DNA from: the human T2T-CHM13v2.0 reference genome, Homo sapiens
Direction: 5' to 3' (one strand)
Length of the DNA stretch: 64,000 nucleotides
Assembly: GCF_009914755.1 (NCBI RefSeq)
Contig: NC_060925.1
The first letter of the stretch is position 1, and every line of letters begins with the position of its first letter. Position numbers and translations under genes: made by a program. Under the pieces are notes generated by a model. The model was not told where the DNA came from. It did no database searches and was given only the letters and a program-made list of their open reading frames with translations. Positions 34,059 to 48,720 of the stretch are shown piece by piece.

Positions 34059-34533
34059 ATGAACAGGGCACCCCACTCATATCTCCTTGTCATTCTTTAT
34101 TCAGGTAAGTGCCAATGACGTCCTTCTGAGAACACCTATCACCCCTTCCTGAAGGCTTTCCTCAGCCTGCACATGGGGCAGGTCAGATGCACGGGGGCGG
34201 TGGGCAAGGATTAATACCCCTCAGCCAACAGCCCTCAGCAAATGATGGCAAGCAGTTAGAGAATAAGGACCATGGATCCAGCAAATGATGGTGAGGAGTT
34301 AAAGAATAAAGACCCTGGCTTCTTCACCCTTTCTATGGGACAACTCTGAGTCATGTTCAAAACCATCTCCCGGAGTCCCCAGTGGGACTGAGCCCACATG
34401 CCCACAGGGTTAACCTGCTCCAGGACACATTGTTTTGGCTTTCTTCCCTTCTGTACCTGCCAGTGCTTCCTGGGTTCAATGCCCCCTGGATTCATTCACA
34501 TTGAAATCCTCATCTCAGAATGCAGCCTAAGAC
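34059..34533 (+). mobile_element. LTR16-like ERVL solo LTR
   Basis: GGGACAACTCTGAG, CCCCAGTGGGACTGAGCCC; end AAATCCTCATCTCAG...CCTAAGACA. Confidence 0.7.
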
Positions 34534-35214
34534 AAAAGAGAGCTCACCTGGTTGCTGATGGCTTTTTAGCCTTGAGATGGGGAGTCTGTGGGAGTGACAT
34601 GCAGTGGGAAGGAGGCCTCTGCCTGGGGGAGCTGTGTGCAGGGTGGACCGCAGGCGCAGGGAGTGGGGTGCTGGAGCTGTCTAGGGGAGGCTTGTGATCC
34701 ACACATCTTTCACCGCCCCACACAAAACAGAATGCAATATTCAAATCAGGCTGAGGTCCTGGAGGGAGAGAGAGGCTACACAGGCCTGGTGGTGAATCTG
34801 CAGAAGCAGATTAACCCAATCTGCATACTAAACAGCATGTAAATTACGTTATTTCAACCCATAAGTTTAGACATGTCCATAGGAATAAAAATTTATGACA
34901 GTGATAAGATGTATGGTTGGCGTAAATAAGCTAGCCCAAGCAAAATATGCTAAAAGGGCTATGGAAATTCTCCAAATTAAGTGAGTGAAGCCAGCCCCAG
35001 CCTTCAGCCCGGAGGTGGGGAAGCTGACTCCTGGCCCTCAGGGCACTCTGCTGCCTCCAGACACTACAGGAGAGGGAGAGAATGGTCAGTGCTCATGCAA
35101 AGATGGGGGAGCTGCAACCCCTGGGAAAAGGGCTCTGCCTTTGGAAGGGGTCACCTTTACAGATGAAGCAGAAATCATTCCAGGATCCAGGGTAAATTCT
35201 TTCAATAATGGTAA

Positions 35215-35610
35215 ATAATAATAGTAGCTAATATTTTTGAGGACTTAGTATATGCCTAGCTTACTTCTGTGCCCTCTATGTGTTCTATTCATTTAATTCT
35301 TATAACCACCCCATGAGGTAGGTATCATTTTGTATTCCATTTTAATATGAGGAAACTGAGGCTCAGAAGTTAAGCTTGCAGTAAGCAATAGAACTGAACT
35401 TGGGCAGCCTGGCCCCAGAGTCTACGTATTTAACCATAATGCTCTACTGCTTCCATTGAATGTTATGTGGAAAAGAACTTTGAGAGTAATTTATTTCATC
35501 CCTCTCACCTTACAGATGAGAAAAATTGAGGCCAAGGAGATGCAGAGACGTGCTCAAGGCCATGCAGCTGGGATAGCAGAGCCAAGATCCTGGCTTAGGT
35601 TTTCAGACAT
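35215..35610 (-). mobile_element. Two tandem MIR elements
   Basis: ATGAGGAAACTGAGGCTCAGA and TTACAGATGAGAAAATTGAGGCC cores. Confidence 0.8.
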
Positions 35611-36254
35611 CATGGTCAAGGTCTTTCATGTGCCTAGGGCACCTCCTCCCTGTGTCACTTGCAGTGGTCTTGGAAGGCTTAAGGGGCTGGAATCAGGTGA
35701 GAACTACCAGCCTGCATTTTCTTTCCTGTATGGCCCTGAGTAACAGACAGAGAAGGTCTGTCTTTAGTAGATTTGCATAGGGCAGAGCAGAAGAAGTTTA
35801 GTTTCTGCTCTCAGAAGTGTTCTTTCATAGCCAGAATACTCTACCCTGCCTGTCTGGGGTGAAAGAACTCCACAGAATGTATACCAACGCTTGCCTCAAT
35901 GCCAGGCTCCTGTTCCAAGTGTCTTGACCCTGTCACTTGGCTAAATTCTCATGATTCCCAAGGGCCAAGACTTTTTTGGCCAGGGTTCATTCAGTTGAAA
36001 GTGATCAACCCAAACTCAAACCAGCTATGCCAAAGAGGAGGTTTCTGGAGGGATTGGGAAGCCAGGGTGGAGCTGGCCAGGTCCAGGAGGACATGCTGTG
36101 TCTTGAGGACTTGATGCCTCCATCTGCGCTCCTTGTGCCTGGGAACACACACTCAGGGAGGTGCTCTCCACACAGTGGGAGAGAGAACAGCCCCAAGCCC
36201 TCATTCTGAGCAGGGAGCAGAGACTCCCTCTCCCAGAGCCGATATGTCAAGTCT

Positions 36255-37440
<1,186 letters not shown>

Positions 37441-38654
37441 GAAAGGCCGGTTTGGGAGGTGGGGAAACAGTCGAAGAAAACCCACTGACACCGGCAGGAT
37501 TCCATGCCTACATTGAGAGGAATCATTGCGCAAGATGGATGAATGGGGTACTCTGGTTGGCCAGCCTGTGTCAAGTGCCCTCCAATGTAGGAGGCAAAGC
37601 CTCATGATTGACAGCCCCATGGGATGGGAAAGTTATAATTCCTCAAAGGAAAGGTATACCTTTCACACAGATAGAGAAGCCACAGAGAGAAGCTAGGTGG
37701 CTTGTCCAGAGTCACACAATTTCTAGGAAATAGGAAATTTCTCTCCTGCTTCTCTTTACCCACATGCACAAAATCTGGCTGACTGCAGGCTGAGTCCCAT
37801 CACCTGATATCAGTAAGAGCCTGTATGGTACACATTAGAATGAGCTCAAGTTGGCAAAATACACCCACAGGCACTAAACAGGGCCATCGCCCGTCAGAAG
37901 CAACAGCCATCTCTGAATCCTCAGGGTCTGGCACAGTGGTAGACACATAGTAGGTGTTCCAGAAACATTTACAAACGAATGAACAAAGCAATGGAAGCCC
38001 CACCGGGCTAGCCACTGGAAAAGTGGTTCTTTTGCTCAACTTCTTCCTAGGCTACAAAGAGATATATGCTATGGCTCTACTCTGGCCCCTCCCCTGCCCA
38101 CTCCCCAGCAAAATTCTCTTTGAGAAAAATCTGTAGACATACAGAACCACTTGCTTTCCTCTTCCATAGTGGAGGAGAAGGGCCCAGAGCTGTGGTGCTC
38201 AGCAACACAGGTGGTTACTTGCTACCCAGAGGCCTGTGGCTTTGGTTTGGGGGAGTGGGAAGCTGAGCAGAGAGCCTGACCATCCAGGCTGCCACACACT
38301 CTGGCTTGTAGCAACTTCCCATCCCTGGCTCAGAAGCTACCCCTGGCTCTGGGCTGGTCCAGGGCTGGCCTAGCAGCCAAGGTTCTTTCAGTGAACCGGA
38401 AGATGGGAAAGAAAGGCTGAGAAGGAGGAGACGAGAGAAGCAGTGCCTGGGTGCCCAGAGTCAGAGGGACAAGTAACGCCTGTAAAATGTGGAGTCTAAA
38501 TGAAGGGCAAGAGAAAAGAAGAGCATGAAGGAAGGAGGGAGAAAGGAGAGGAGAGGGAGGGATTGATTCCTCCAAAGCAGGCCAAGCCCCCAGGATCTGG
38601 CTGCTCCTAGAATCATCCTCCTGCAGAGGAGAAGTGAAAGGCCTCCTGCCAGTG

Positions 38655-39170
38655 GTCAGTGGGCGTGGACAGGAGAGACAGGAAGGACCATATCCTGACC
38701 CCTCTCCCCATCCTTTCTCCACCCTTCAGGCCCCAGGAGGCTGACACCAGAGGACTGTCTCACCAGGCTCCCTTGCTGTGCATCCAGTAGGGTTTGTAGG
38801 GGGGCCAAAGCAGGAACAGCTGGCAGAGTTCAGAATATGGGAAGAGAGAAAAGTCAGGGCATTTCTTCCCTATACCCTGCCTGTTTCAGGGCCACGTCTC
38901 TGGCTCTATCCCTGCATGGCTGTAGCTCCTGCAGAGTGGCCTCCTTTGCACAGTTGCTCCAGGGGCACCATTCTCTACCCCACTTCAGTCCCATCTCTCC
39001 AGCCTTAGGGATAGTGCAGCTTGTCTCTAGGTGCCTCGCCATTTCTTGTTTTCCCTCCATGCTGCCCTCACTTCTGTAAATCATTCCTAAGTTAAGTCCT
39101 CTTCATTTTAACCATCTGGGATGAACCATCTGAGATGAACCCATTTTCTTTTGGAGACTGTGGCTAATGC
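38655..39170 (+). mobile_element. LTR16C-like ERVL solo LTR
   Basis: CCCCAGGAGGCTGAC, CCAGGCTCCCTTGC, GAGAGAAAAGTCAGGGCATTT; end GACTGTGGCTAATGCA. Confidence 0.6.
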
Positions 39171-39924
39171 AGGCCCCAAGACTCCCTGAGAAATCCTGAG
39201 CACCAAACAGTGACTAAGGGGCAAATTCGCTCATCCAGAACATGGTTACTAAAGGTCTGCTCTGTGCCAGACACATTGAAAGGCCCAGAAATGATTCAGA
39301 TTTGGGGCCCACTCTCTAGAAGCACATTGTCTAGCCAGAGCTGAGGCTGCAGAGACTTGGGGTCCCCAGCTGCCTGGGGACTCCTTAGCACATCCAGCCG
39401 CTCACTGCAACCAAAGGCTGGGGCTGCTGTCTCCCTGCCCACAACTGCCTCAGGCTGCTGCTTTGTGATCACTTTTCCCTTCAAGGTTGCCCTGGATCTT
39501 CGATTTTCCTTGACTTCTGGAAAAGGATGGAGCTGGGCAGAGGGTACAGGAGAGAGGAGAGGTCCCCAGTGGGCTTTGTGTTGCTTCCACACCTCTTAAC
39601 GCTTAGACAAGAGCCAGCACAGGATGTGCGGCCAAAATGCATTTATCAAAGAAGCAAGTGTTCCTCCTGAGTAGAGGGGCAAGCATGCAAGGTCCTGGCA
39701 AGATGCAGCACTGGGCTGCACACAGGGAGAAGGAAAAGCCAAGGCCCCTGGGGCGCACAGCTCCATCATCAATACAACAGCTGCCTTCAGACAGAAATGC
39801 TAAGTGCAGAGTACAATATCCAAGCGAGGGACCCCAGCTGAAGGGTCGCACCCAACAGAATACACCACCAAAGCAGAGCAAGAAACTTGTGCACTGAAGT
39901 GATACAAAGCTGACGAAGAGTTTA

Positions 39925-40215
39925 TATAAGCATGGTTAAGAACACAGACTCTGGAATCGCAGTGCCCAAGTTCAAATCCCACTTCTGCCCCTTACTTGCT
40001 GCATGACCTTGAAGTTACTTAACTGCTCTGTGCTTCACTTTCCTCACCTGTAAATTCTGTAAATTGAGGATGATAATAGTATCTGTCTCATGGGTTTGTG
40101 GTGGAGACTAAGTTAGTTATGAAGCTAGTAAGTTACAAAGCAAGTGCTCTTAGAACAGTCAGCCACAGGCGCATTACAAGTGCTATATATGTGCTTGCTA
40201 TTATTAGTATTTGCT
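39925..40215 (+). mobile_element. MIR
   Basis: ATGGTTAAGAACACAGACTCTGGAATC...GTTCAAATCCCACTTCTG...TTCCTCACCTGTAAA. Confidence 0.85.
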
Positions 40216-40619
40216 ATTACAAAAGAGCAAAGCTGCATGGGCACAAGGGCAGACTACAAGCTGTGTAGACGTGATAGTATTGAAAATTATCAGCCAAGTG
40301 ACACCAAAGCACACTTTACTTTTTGTATTTTCTACATGACAAAAGTTTTTTGACTTTTCTTGTACCATGCAACTTTGAAGAATAAACACACCTTATGCTT
40401 CAAAGTTGCCCAGCTAATTTCATCTTCTTTTGAAGATGGTTTTATAATGTTTCTGATACAATTTTCTTCACTTCCATGAAGTTGAGGGGCACCTGCCAGT
40501 CCAATCCAAGAAAAGAGGAATCACAGTTTTGCCTGGAACTGGATCTAAAGGAAGCCTCCCAAATGAAGACCAAATGGCAGGTGCAGAGAAGTGGTGCCCC
40601 ACAGAAGTAAAGAACAAGG

Positions 40620-40775
40620 ATTCTGGCATTGCATTGGAGTTCAAATCCCAAATAGACCACTGACAAGCTGTGTGACCTTGGGAAAGTGGCAACCTCCTCA
40701 AGCTTCAGTTTCTTCACCCATAGTTAGGAGAGATAGCTCCCTCTTCCAGGAGCTGTAAAAAGATCAATTACGTAA
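40620..40775 (+). mobile_element. MIR
   Basis: GTTCAAATCCC...AGCTGTGTGACCTTGGGAAAGT. Confidence 0.75.
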
Positions 40776-41709
40776 ATCAAGGTCTACAGGATGCCAAACT
40801 CCAAGTCTGCTTTGGCATAGGTGCCCATCGCACTTTCCACTTTCTTTTTCCTGGAGAAATGGCCCTATTACCCACAGGCTGCCTGGGCTCAAGGAAACAA
40901 CAGCAGGTGGCCAGGCCCTCCTGGTGTGGTCTCACACCAGGGAGCTCTGCCTGAAGAATAAGCTGCTGGTTCGATCCCAGCTGTTCTGAGGCCCCCCCTG
41001 AACTGACCCCATTTCCAGAATTGGCTAAGGGCTCCTCAAATAAGCAAATGCCTCCAGGAGGATGAAAGGAAGACTCGTGCAAAGCTTTGAAGCCTGCCAT
41101 AATGCTGCACCAGCTCCTCCTCCCTGCTCAGGACATCTCCTGAAGGAGGAGATACAAAGAGAATCTGTGATGAGCAAATGAGGGACAGCCAAGGGCCAGG
41201 ATTTGTAGCAACAGCTTAAGTCTCTGCTTTCTTGTCAGCCCTGATGGCTGGCAGCGAGGATAATTCTAAATGAAGAATGGTTTTCAAGGAGGAGCAAGAA
41301 TCTCTCATCTGAAACAATTTGTTGTCCAAAATTGTACTGCAGAAGTTGTTTAGAAGGTGCAGATTAAGTTGTGCATAAAAATATAGTCAGCTCTTGATTA
41401 TCCACATTGATGGATAATCCAAAAACAACACATACCTCGAAGTGATTTCTCTTTGGTTTCATAACACAGTATTATTTTTCCTTCAACATTTTTAGCTTTC
41501 TTCATTTAACTGTCTTCAGGATATAACCAAGGAGCTAGGGGATCTGTAACCTTCTGTTAATTACAGAATAACCAAGGTTTCAGCACCATGCCCTCCAAGG
41601 CAGGAGTTGCCTGAATGGAATTTGTAGATAAAAATACTATTTAGGAAAATGGTGAAAAAGAAGAAAAACTATTTAACATTTGTACTTCCTACACATAGAC
41701 AAAGAAGAG

Positions 41710-41930
41710 GCAATTAAGAGCGTAGACTCTGGAGTCAGACTGCCAAAATTCAAATCCCAGCTCTATCTTTGAGTACTTTATTTAACCTCTGACAGCCTCA
41801 GTTTTCTCATCTGTAAATTGGGGTTAATAACAATAGCAATGTTAGAAGGCTGTTGTGAGGATTAAATGAGATCATCTATGTAATATGTTTAGCATGGGGC
41901 CTGGCACACAGGAGGTATTCAATGGATGTA
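41710..41930 (+). mobile_element. MIRb
   Basis: TTAAGAGCGTAGACTCTGGAGTCAGAC...CTCAGTTTTCTCATCTGTAAA...CCTGGCACACAG. Confidence 0.85.
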
Positions 41931-42629
41931 AATTAATACCAGTAAATGTTAGTTACAACCAGCTCTCAGCAAACTGGGCAGCTCATCTCCTGCAATTGAG
42001 CTCAGTAATACCTTGTGGAATTCACTGAAGGACCCCAGGGACTGTAGACAGTTTGCCACCCCCTCCAATCCCCCAGGGTGGGGGAATGATGCCAGGTTTC
42101 ATGGGGAGAGAGGCAGCTGCAGCTGTGGACAGATACTGGGGTTCTCTGGAGAGCCAGGACAGCTGTTGATTCCTGTGTGTGCTGAGCAAACGGCCCACCA
42201 TCCTATCTTAATTATCCTGCCTAATGGGGTAAGGCGATTATGATTCATGGAAAATTGGCCATTGGCAGCTTGGCTTAGGAAAGCAAACAGCCCTCAATGG
42301 CCCAGAACAAACAGCAGGTCAGGAGAAAGACTCAGGTGTGCCCAGTGAGAGGCAGCTGCCATGTGTGAAAGGGGAGGTCAGAAGGCCTTCAGCCCACTCA
42401 TATATGGCTCTGAGAGGTGGGGAAATGGAAGTAGGGGATATAGAACTACCCAGGTAGAGTTGAGTGCAGACACCAGGAGAACTGCTCTGAAGCTCAAAGG
42501 TCCAGAGTTCATCTCAATCATCGCCCTGCCTCTGAGGAACCCAAAACAGCTCAGGCCAAGGTGAAGTTACAGAATAGCACTTACCTAGAGTAAGGTGACC
42601 TGAATTCTAGGTCTGGCTCTGCCAGGAAC

Positions 42630-42895
42630 TTAATAATAATAATAGTAGTAGTAGCAGTAGTATTAACAGCCTCTTATTATGAACCGGATACTGTGCTAAG
42701 CTCTTTACATAGATGATCCATTTAATCCTCACAACAGCTTTATGAGGAGGATATTAGTTTTGTCCTCATTTTTCAGATGAGAGGATGAGTCTCCTATTAT
42801 AAGGAAATTGCCTTAAGTCACCCAGCTAATAAGTGGGTGATCTGGGATTCAAACCAAAGTCCTTGTGACTCCCAAGTCCCTGCTTTTAACCAATC
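42630..42895 (-). mobile_element. MIRb
   Basis: CATTTAATCCTCACAACAGC...TTTTCAGATGAG...GGGATTCAAACC. Confidence 0.85.
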
Positions 42896-43864
42896 CCCTG
42901 AGCCACTCATTTCAGTGGGACAAGCTCAGTTGCTTCATCTGCAAAGGGATATCCAGCCCAAAATTTTGGAGGAAACCCCAGAACGAAAACTCTCAGAGAC
43001 AGGAGCTGCTGCCTTCTGCATTCTGCCTAAGGGCATGGGGCCAACCCACTTGAGGGAGACAGAGGAGCTCAGGAGTCCAGGCTTGAAGGTTAACAATGGT
43101 GATTTTCTTTTCACATTGTTTATAGCAAGGGCTTTGAAGTGTCTCCCAGTGTTTTCACACACACCCTCTGAGGCCCGTCCAGCCCAGGCCTTGGATCATA
43201 GACAGCCAAGTGTCCACAGATGCCTTGGGTCAGGTGCACCACTGACACTAGGCTCAGGCCCATCCTGCAGCCTCTGCTCAGCCTCTGCCTCTGAGCCTAG
43301 TCTCTTTCTCTGCCTCGGGCTGCCCTGCCACAGGCCGCTCATGGACAATCAGCAGGCTTTAGATCTGGAGCCCACTTGAAGCTGCCCTAGACCCCAAAAG
43401 AAGAAGGACACTGAGGCACTGCTTCTGAAAGGGTTTCTGACTACCCTCCTCTCCTTTTCTCTACCCTCACTCCCCACAGCATGTCCAGATACAGAGGCAT
43501 GAGCTGGAGAAGGGCAGCTCAGACAGTTCGGCCTGGGTCTGAATGAAGCTGGGCCTGCTCTTCTAGTTTGAGAGATCTAGCACCAGGCTGATCAGTACTC
43601 AGGTCACAATGGGACTCACTCCCCTTCCCCTGCTGTCCTCTCAGCCCTCCAGGAGCCTCAGCTGCAGAGCCAGCATCATGTGCTATGCAGACTGAGTTTT
43701 CTGAGTCTGTACACAGTCCTCAACCCTCAATCCATCATCTCTACTGCATCTAACTCATCTCTTTGTACTCTCTCTCTCCGATTTCTCTCTGCATTTACCC
43801 TGGCTCTCAACCACCAGGCCGTCCTCCATCCCCTCCTCTGTGGCAAAGAATTGGAGAGAAGAGT

Positions 43865-44010
43865 GTCTGTGCTGGAAGGGACCTTACAGATTGTGTGGTC
43901 CAAACCTTTCATTCTATAGGTGAGGAACTGAGGCCAGAAGGCCAGCTGGACCAAAGTCATGTGGTTGGTTCAAGGCAGAACTCTGGCTGGACCCAGGGCT
44001 CTTGCATTCC
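43865..44010 (-). mobile_element. MIR3/MIRc
   Basis: GCTGGAAGGGACCTTACAGA...GGTGAGGAACTGAGGCCAGA. Confidence 0.65.
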
Positions 44011-44999
44011 TGATCAGTGTTACCCCTTTCAGAGGGATGCTTGTCAAGTTCTGGGAGCAAGTACCAAGCCCAGGGCAGGGCTGGGCACTCAGGAGCCTCT
44101 CAACAAGGGGCTAACTGGCAGTCTGTCTTGTCTCTCCACTTGCTCTCCCTCTGGCTTGGCAGGAGCGAAACGCATTAAATAATGACTGCTGGCCTCATTG
44201 AGCCCTGCGATCCAGTGATCACTTCTATTCAGTCTCTTCCCAATATAAAGAAAAGCTCCTGAGACTCAAGTATAGATCAGGAGATGGGCTTTGTAGCCAA
44301 TGAAGAACTTTAGCCCAAAGAAACAGGTCATGTGTAATTAGCCGCAGTTCCCAGAGACTGCTTCATCACCCTTTCTCCTAACTCCACTTCCACACCTACC
44401 CCCACTCCCACCCTCCACCCCCACCCTCAGCTCTCTGTCCTTGGATCTCTGAGCATTTGGATCTCTGAGCCAAGAATTTGCTTCTCAGAGAGTAATTGCC
44501 CCTGGCTCCCCCTCACTTCTAATCAACAAGCCAAGGTATTAGTTCCTGGGAGCATGATTGATTTCCAGGGACTTGGAACTTAATTACATTTTAGCAAAGT
44601 CTGTTTGGAATCCTCAGAGAAGCGAGACACTTTCAGTTCTTTGAACTTACCATGTAGGAGGGCTTCCAGCATCTCAAATATTCAATTCATCCTTCCTCAG
44701 GCCAAAAGAGGGGCATTCTATGGCTGTCAGTTTTAATTTTTTCTTACCCAAGATCTCCAACCTCTAGAGCCTGGCCAGAGGAACTTGGCTCTCTCATGCT
44801 GAAGAATTCTTCACGTGGTCCTCCCCACGCCAGCAGCTTCCCCATCATGCCCAGGGAACCATGAATCCCGCCTGGGATCCAGGTCTGTGTGCTCCTCCCT
44901 GGTCTGCAGGCAAAACCAGCAACCCACCTGCTGCATCAAGCTGGTCCCAGCCTCTGGCTCCCATCTCCACCTCACGAGGTATTCTTTTTATTATTCTAA

Positions 45000-45200
45000 C
45001 CATCGTCATCTTCATCATTATTAAAAACTACCATGATTGAGCACTCATTGTGAGCTGGGCACTGTAAGATACCTTACACACACCAGCTTATTCCATAAAG
45101 CCCAACGAAGTAGATGTTAATCTCTTTACTTACCAGTGAGGAAATAATGGCTCAGAAAGGTTTAGCACTTTGTTCAAGATCACAGAGCTAGAATTGGGCA
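45000..45200 (-). mobile_element. MIR
   Basis: TTGAGCACTCATTGTGAGC...GAGGAAATAATGGCTCAGAAAGGTT. Confidence 0.7.
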
Positions 45201-45362
45201 TGTTGATCTTTCAGTGACCCCATCCCTCTGGAAAATTGCCTCAGTGACATTTTCTGCCTCAGCACATTTTCTGCTACTCTGCTGACCTGCCCTGTCCCCT
45301 GTCTCTCCAGGACCACCTCGCCTCTGATCACATGTCCCCTCTAACCCCCGAACACTTCCCTC

Positions 45363-45548
45363 CTTTATAAAATAGTGTAGACCAATGGGTGAGTTCAAAT
45401 CTAGTTGCTGAGTATCCATGTCAGTGAAAAATGCTGCTTCATGAAAAAACAGAGATAGTGTGAACAGCCCTGAGGATGCGCAATTTGGGGAGAAGTGTGG
45501 ACACTGCCACATAAATGGGCCAGCCTGTGACCTCTTCCACCCATTTCC
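45363..45548 (+). repeat. Direct repeat copy 1 (186 bp), no recognised family
   Basis: About 90% identical by hand alignment to 46512-46714. Confidence 0.92.
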
Positions 45549-45609
45549 TGAGCCTGGGCCTGAGAGTTAGAGTGTTGCCCTTGGCTTTCAAGAGTACCTA
45601 ATAACATCA

Positions 45610-45740
45610 TGAAACAAATGGGTCAAAATGAAAACAACTGGTAAACCTAGGTACAGGCTAAACAGGAATTCTTTGTGGCATTTTTGTAACTTTTCTGTAA
45701 ATATGAAATTATATCAAAATTAAAAGCTTTAAAAAATAGA
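45610..45740 (+). mobile_element. Old L1M extreme 3' end fragment
   Basis: GGAATTCTTTGT...TTGTAACTTTTCTGTAAATATGAAATTATATCAAAATTAAAAG. Confidence 0.7.
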
Positions 45741-46511
45741 GTTCTGGTTCAATTTATGGATCTATTTATAGTTGTTTTTGCAATCCCAGTCTATACTGGG
45801 CATTTCACATTAATGATTTAAAGCTCAAGAACAATTTTAATAACATCTATATAATAAAGCCACATGAGATTGCTTTTGAGATGACAGAGTGTTATAAATA
45901 AGTAAATGCTGTAAGAAGCAACGTAGGGAAATGTACTTGATGACAACCACATGCTTGTCTGGCCTCCAAGAATCACATGAGCTGGATTCCTTGTCTTTCT
46001 GTGAAACCCACCTCTCAGAAGGCCTCTCACCAGAGCTGTCCCCTCCCTTGCCCTACATCCTTACCCATGCGGACTGCTGGATGAAGCCACTGCTTCCTGC
46101 CTCAGGTACTTACTCACAGCAGTTGTTTCCTCCAGATGTGCCCCTCCCCACAAATGGGTCTAGTTCAGTGTCTGCCCAAGCCTACAGGGTCGTACTGTGT
46201 CCCAAGATGTGGCTCGAGCCCTGAACCATTGAGAGTATCTCAGACCTGAACCCAGGGAAATCCACTGTCTTGCCCCATTGCACTCTGCCTTCTTTCATAG
46301 GTCCAGAGCTTGTGTATTACCAGACAAGATGCCAGTTCATTTGGAAGTTCTTGCTCGCAGACTCAGATTTTTGATCCTTGGATGGATTTTAGTGATGTTT
46401 CAAATTTGGGAGCTTCCCAGGGGTTATGGATCTGGTTAGATCAGCACAACTCTTGAGGACATATTGGGGAAGAGGCCTAATGTTTTTAGAAATAGATTTA
46501 CAAACTCAGAT

Positions 46512-46714
46512 CTTTATAGAATAGTGCAGACCAATGGGTGAGTTCAAATCTAGTTCCTGAGTATCCATGCCAGTGAAACATGCTGTTTCATAAAAAAACA
46601 TAGATACTGCGGACAGCCCTGAAGATATTTGCATATCCGAGCAGCCCAATCTAGGGAGAAGTGTGGACACTGCCACATAAATGGGCCAGGCTGTGACCTC
46701 CTCCACCCATTTCC
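46512..46714 (+). repeat. Direct repeat copy 2 (203 bp)
   Basis: Matches copy 1 with ~17 substitutions and a 17-nt indel. Confidence 0.92.
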
Positions 46715-47441
46715 ATAGCCAACGTATATATAGTGCCAAACAAGAACCCTCTGTCTTCAGACATTCTCAAAGGATTGGTAAGCCAGCGTCCAGGAGCATG
46801 ATTCATCATCTTGCAGATATGTTGCTCCACCCTAGCCCTGCACAGGGCAACCCTGCCTCTTCCCCAACCCTGGCTGGGATCCAGTTCAAAGAACACATCG
46901 GGGGGTATCTTGGCTCACCAACATCTGGAGTCCCTGCAAGGGCATGTTCTAGAGATCATAAGACGCCAAACTTCTCTAGCTGTAGGCATCCCTGAAGACA
47001 CTTGTTATTCTGAGAGCCACTAAGTCATTGCTGGAAGTGGAGGAACAGAGAGGAAATGACAATGATGAAAGAAAGCTGAGGACTGGAGTGGAAAAGGGAG
47101 GAGAATCCATGACTGTGGAATTTCCAAACCTTTCAGTGAGGGCAAGGAGAGCCACCCTTTTATCTCATCCCCGCCCTCCCTGCCAGCCACTTGCCACCCC
47201 CATTTACATGGACCCATTTGTCAAATGGCCCGGAAATGTCCACAGGCAGCCAGATCTGACCTTCCCCAGAGAGCAGTGAAGGCCAGGCCTGCTCAGCAGC
47301 AAAGCCCAGCTCCAACCACCCCAGGAATAAAAGTGAAAAAGGGAAATAGTACATGGCACAAGGATGTGGCAGAGAGAAGTGAGTGTCTGAGCCTACGCCC
47401 AGGAGGGAAATCACATAAAGAGATTCTCAGGAAATCACATA

Positions 47442-47852
<411 letters not shown>

Positions 47853-48519
47853 CTACCAAGACGGAAATCAGAGCAATTTACAATATTAGGAGCAGAACTT
47901 ACTGGAAGGTGGTGGGGGCTGGCAGAGGCACCCCCAAAAGGAAAAGGTATGGGAAGAATAGGCCTTGGAATTGGGCCCAGCTGCTTTACACTTTCCAGAG
48001 ATTGGGTCTAGCTGTTCTCTCATCACTCCATTCTCTATGATCCTTTTCTGTTTTAATGCTTAGCTGAAGATTCTGGTAGCTTTTTCTTATTTCCAAGTTA
48101 ACTGAGCAACAGTGCTTACCATCTTTACCACACCCTCTCTCTACCCCATACACACACACATTCATTTCAAAACAGTGACCCTGGGCCTCTCCTTCCTTTT
48201 GAATAACCCTATCCTTTTCCCTCTCCTGCCGTTGTCCACAGAGCCCAGCCTTCCCCCTTCACTCCTGAGACCTCCTCCTCTCAACCGTCTTCCCAGGAGG
48301 TCTGCCTGTAACTGGGAACTGGAAACTACAGGGAGAGAGACTAGGAAACAAAAGATCGTGGAAGAAACCCATGAGTTTGAGCTCAGGAGCTGCAGGCTTT
48401 CTATGACTGGCCTGAAATGACAAAGAAGACAGCCCAGCAGCAGCTGCAGATGAAGCCCAGCCCCAAAGCTGAGGAAAGGGCCAGGGACAAGTGAGAGGGA
48501 GTGAGCTGATATGACAAAT

Positions 48520-48720
48520 ATCATCATCATTATAAATACTCCCTCTTTGATATTTACTATGTGCTAGGTACATGGCTAAACTCCCTATCTCATTTAACCC
48601 TCAAAACAGCTTTTAGGTAGGAATTTTCTCCATTTACAGGTGCGAAATCCAACTTAGTGATATAATTTGCCCAAGGCCACAAACACAAATAAGACCAAGA
48701 TTAGAGAAATCTGAAGCTAA
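48520..48720 (-). mobile_element. MIR
   Basis: TTTACTATGTGCTAGG...CATTTACAGGTG...TTTGCCCAAGGCCAC. Confidence 0.7.

Noticed and set aside
44441-44470. Short two-copy tandem duplications (also ~3781-3806, ~15665-15692, ~39110-39141)
   Set aside because: Ordinary slippage duplications with no spacers or array structure; not CRISPR-like.
45363-46714. Direct repeats as LTRs of a miniature LTR retrotransposon
   Set aside because: No TG..CA termini, PBS, polypurine tract or flanking TSD was found.
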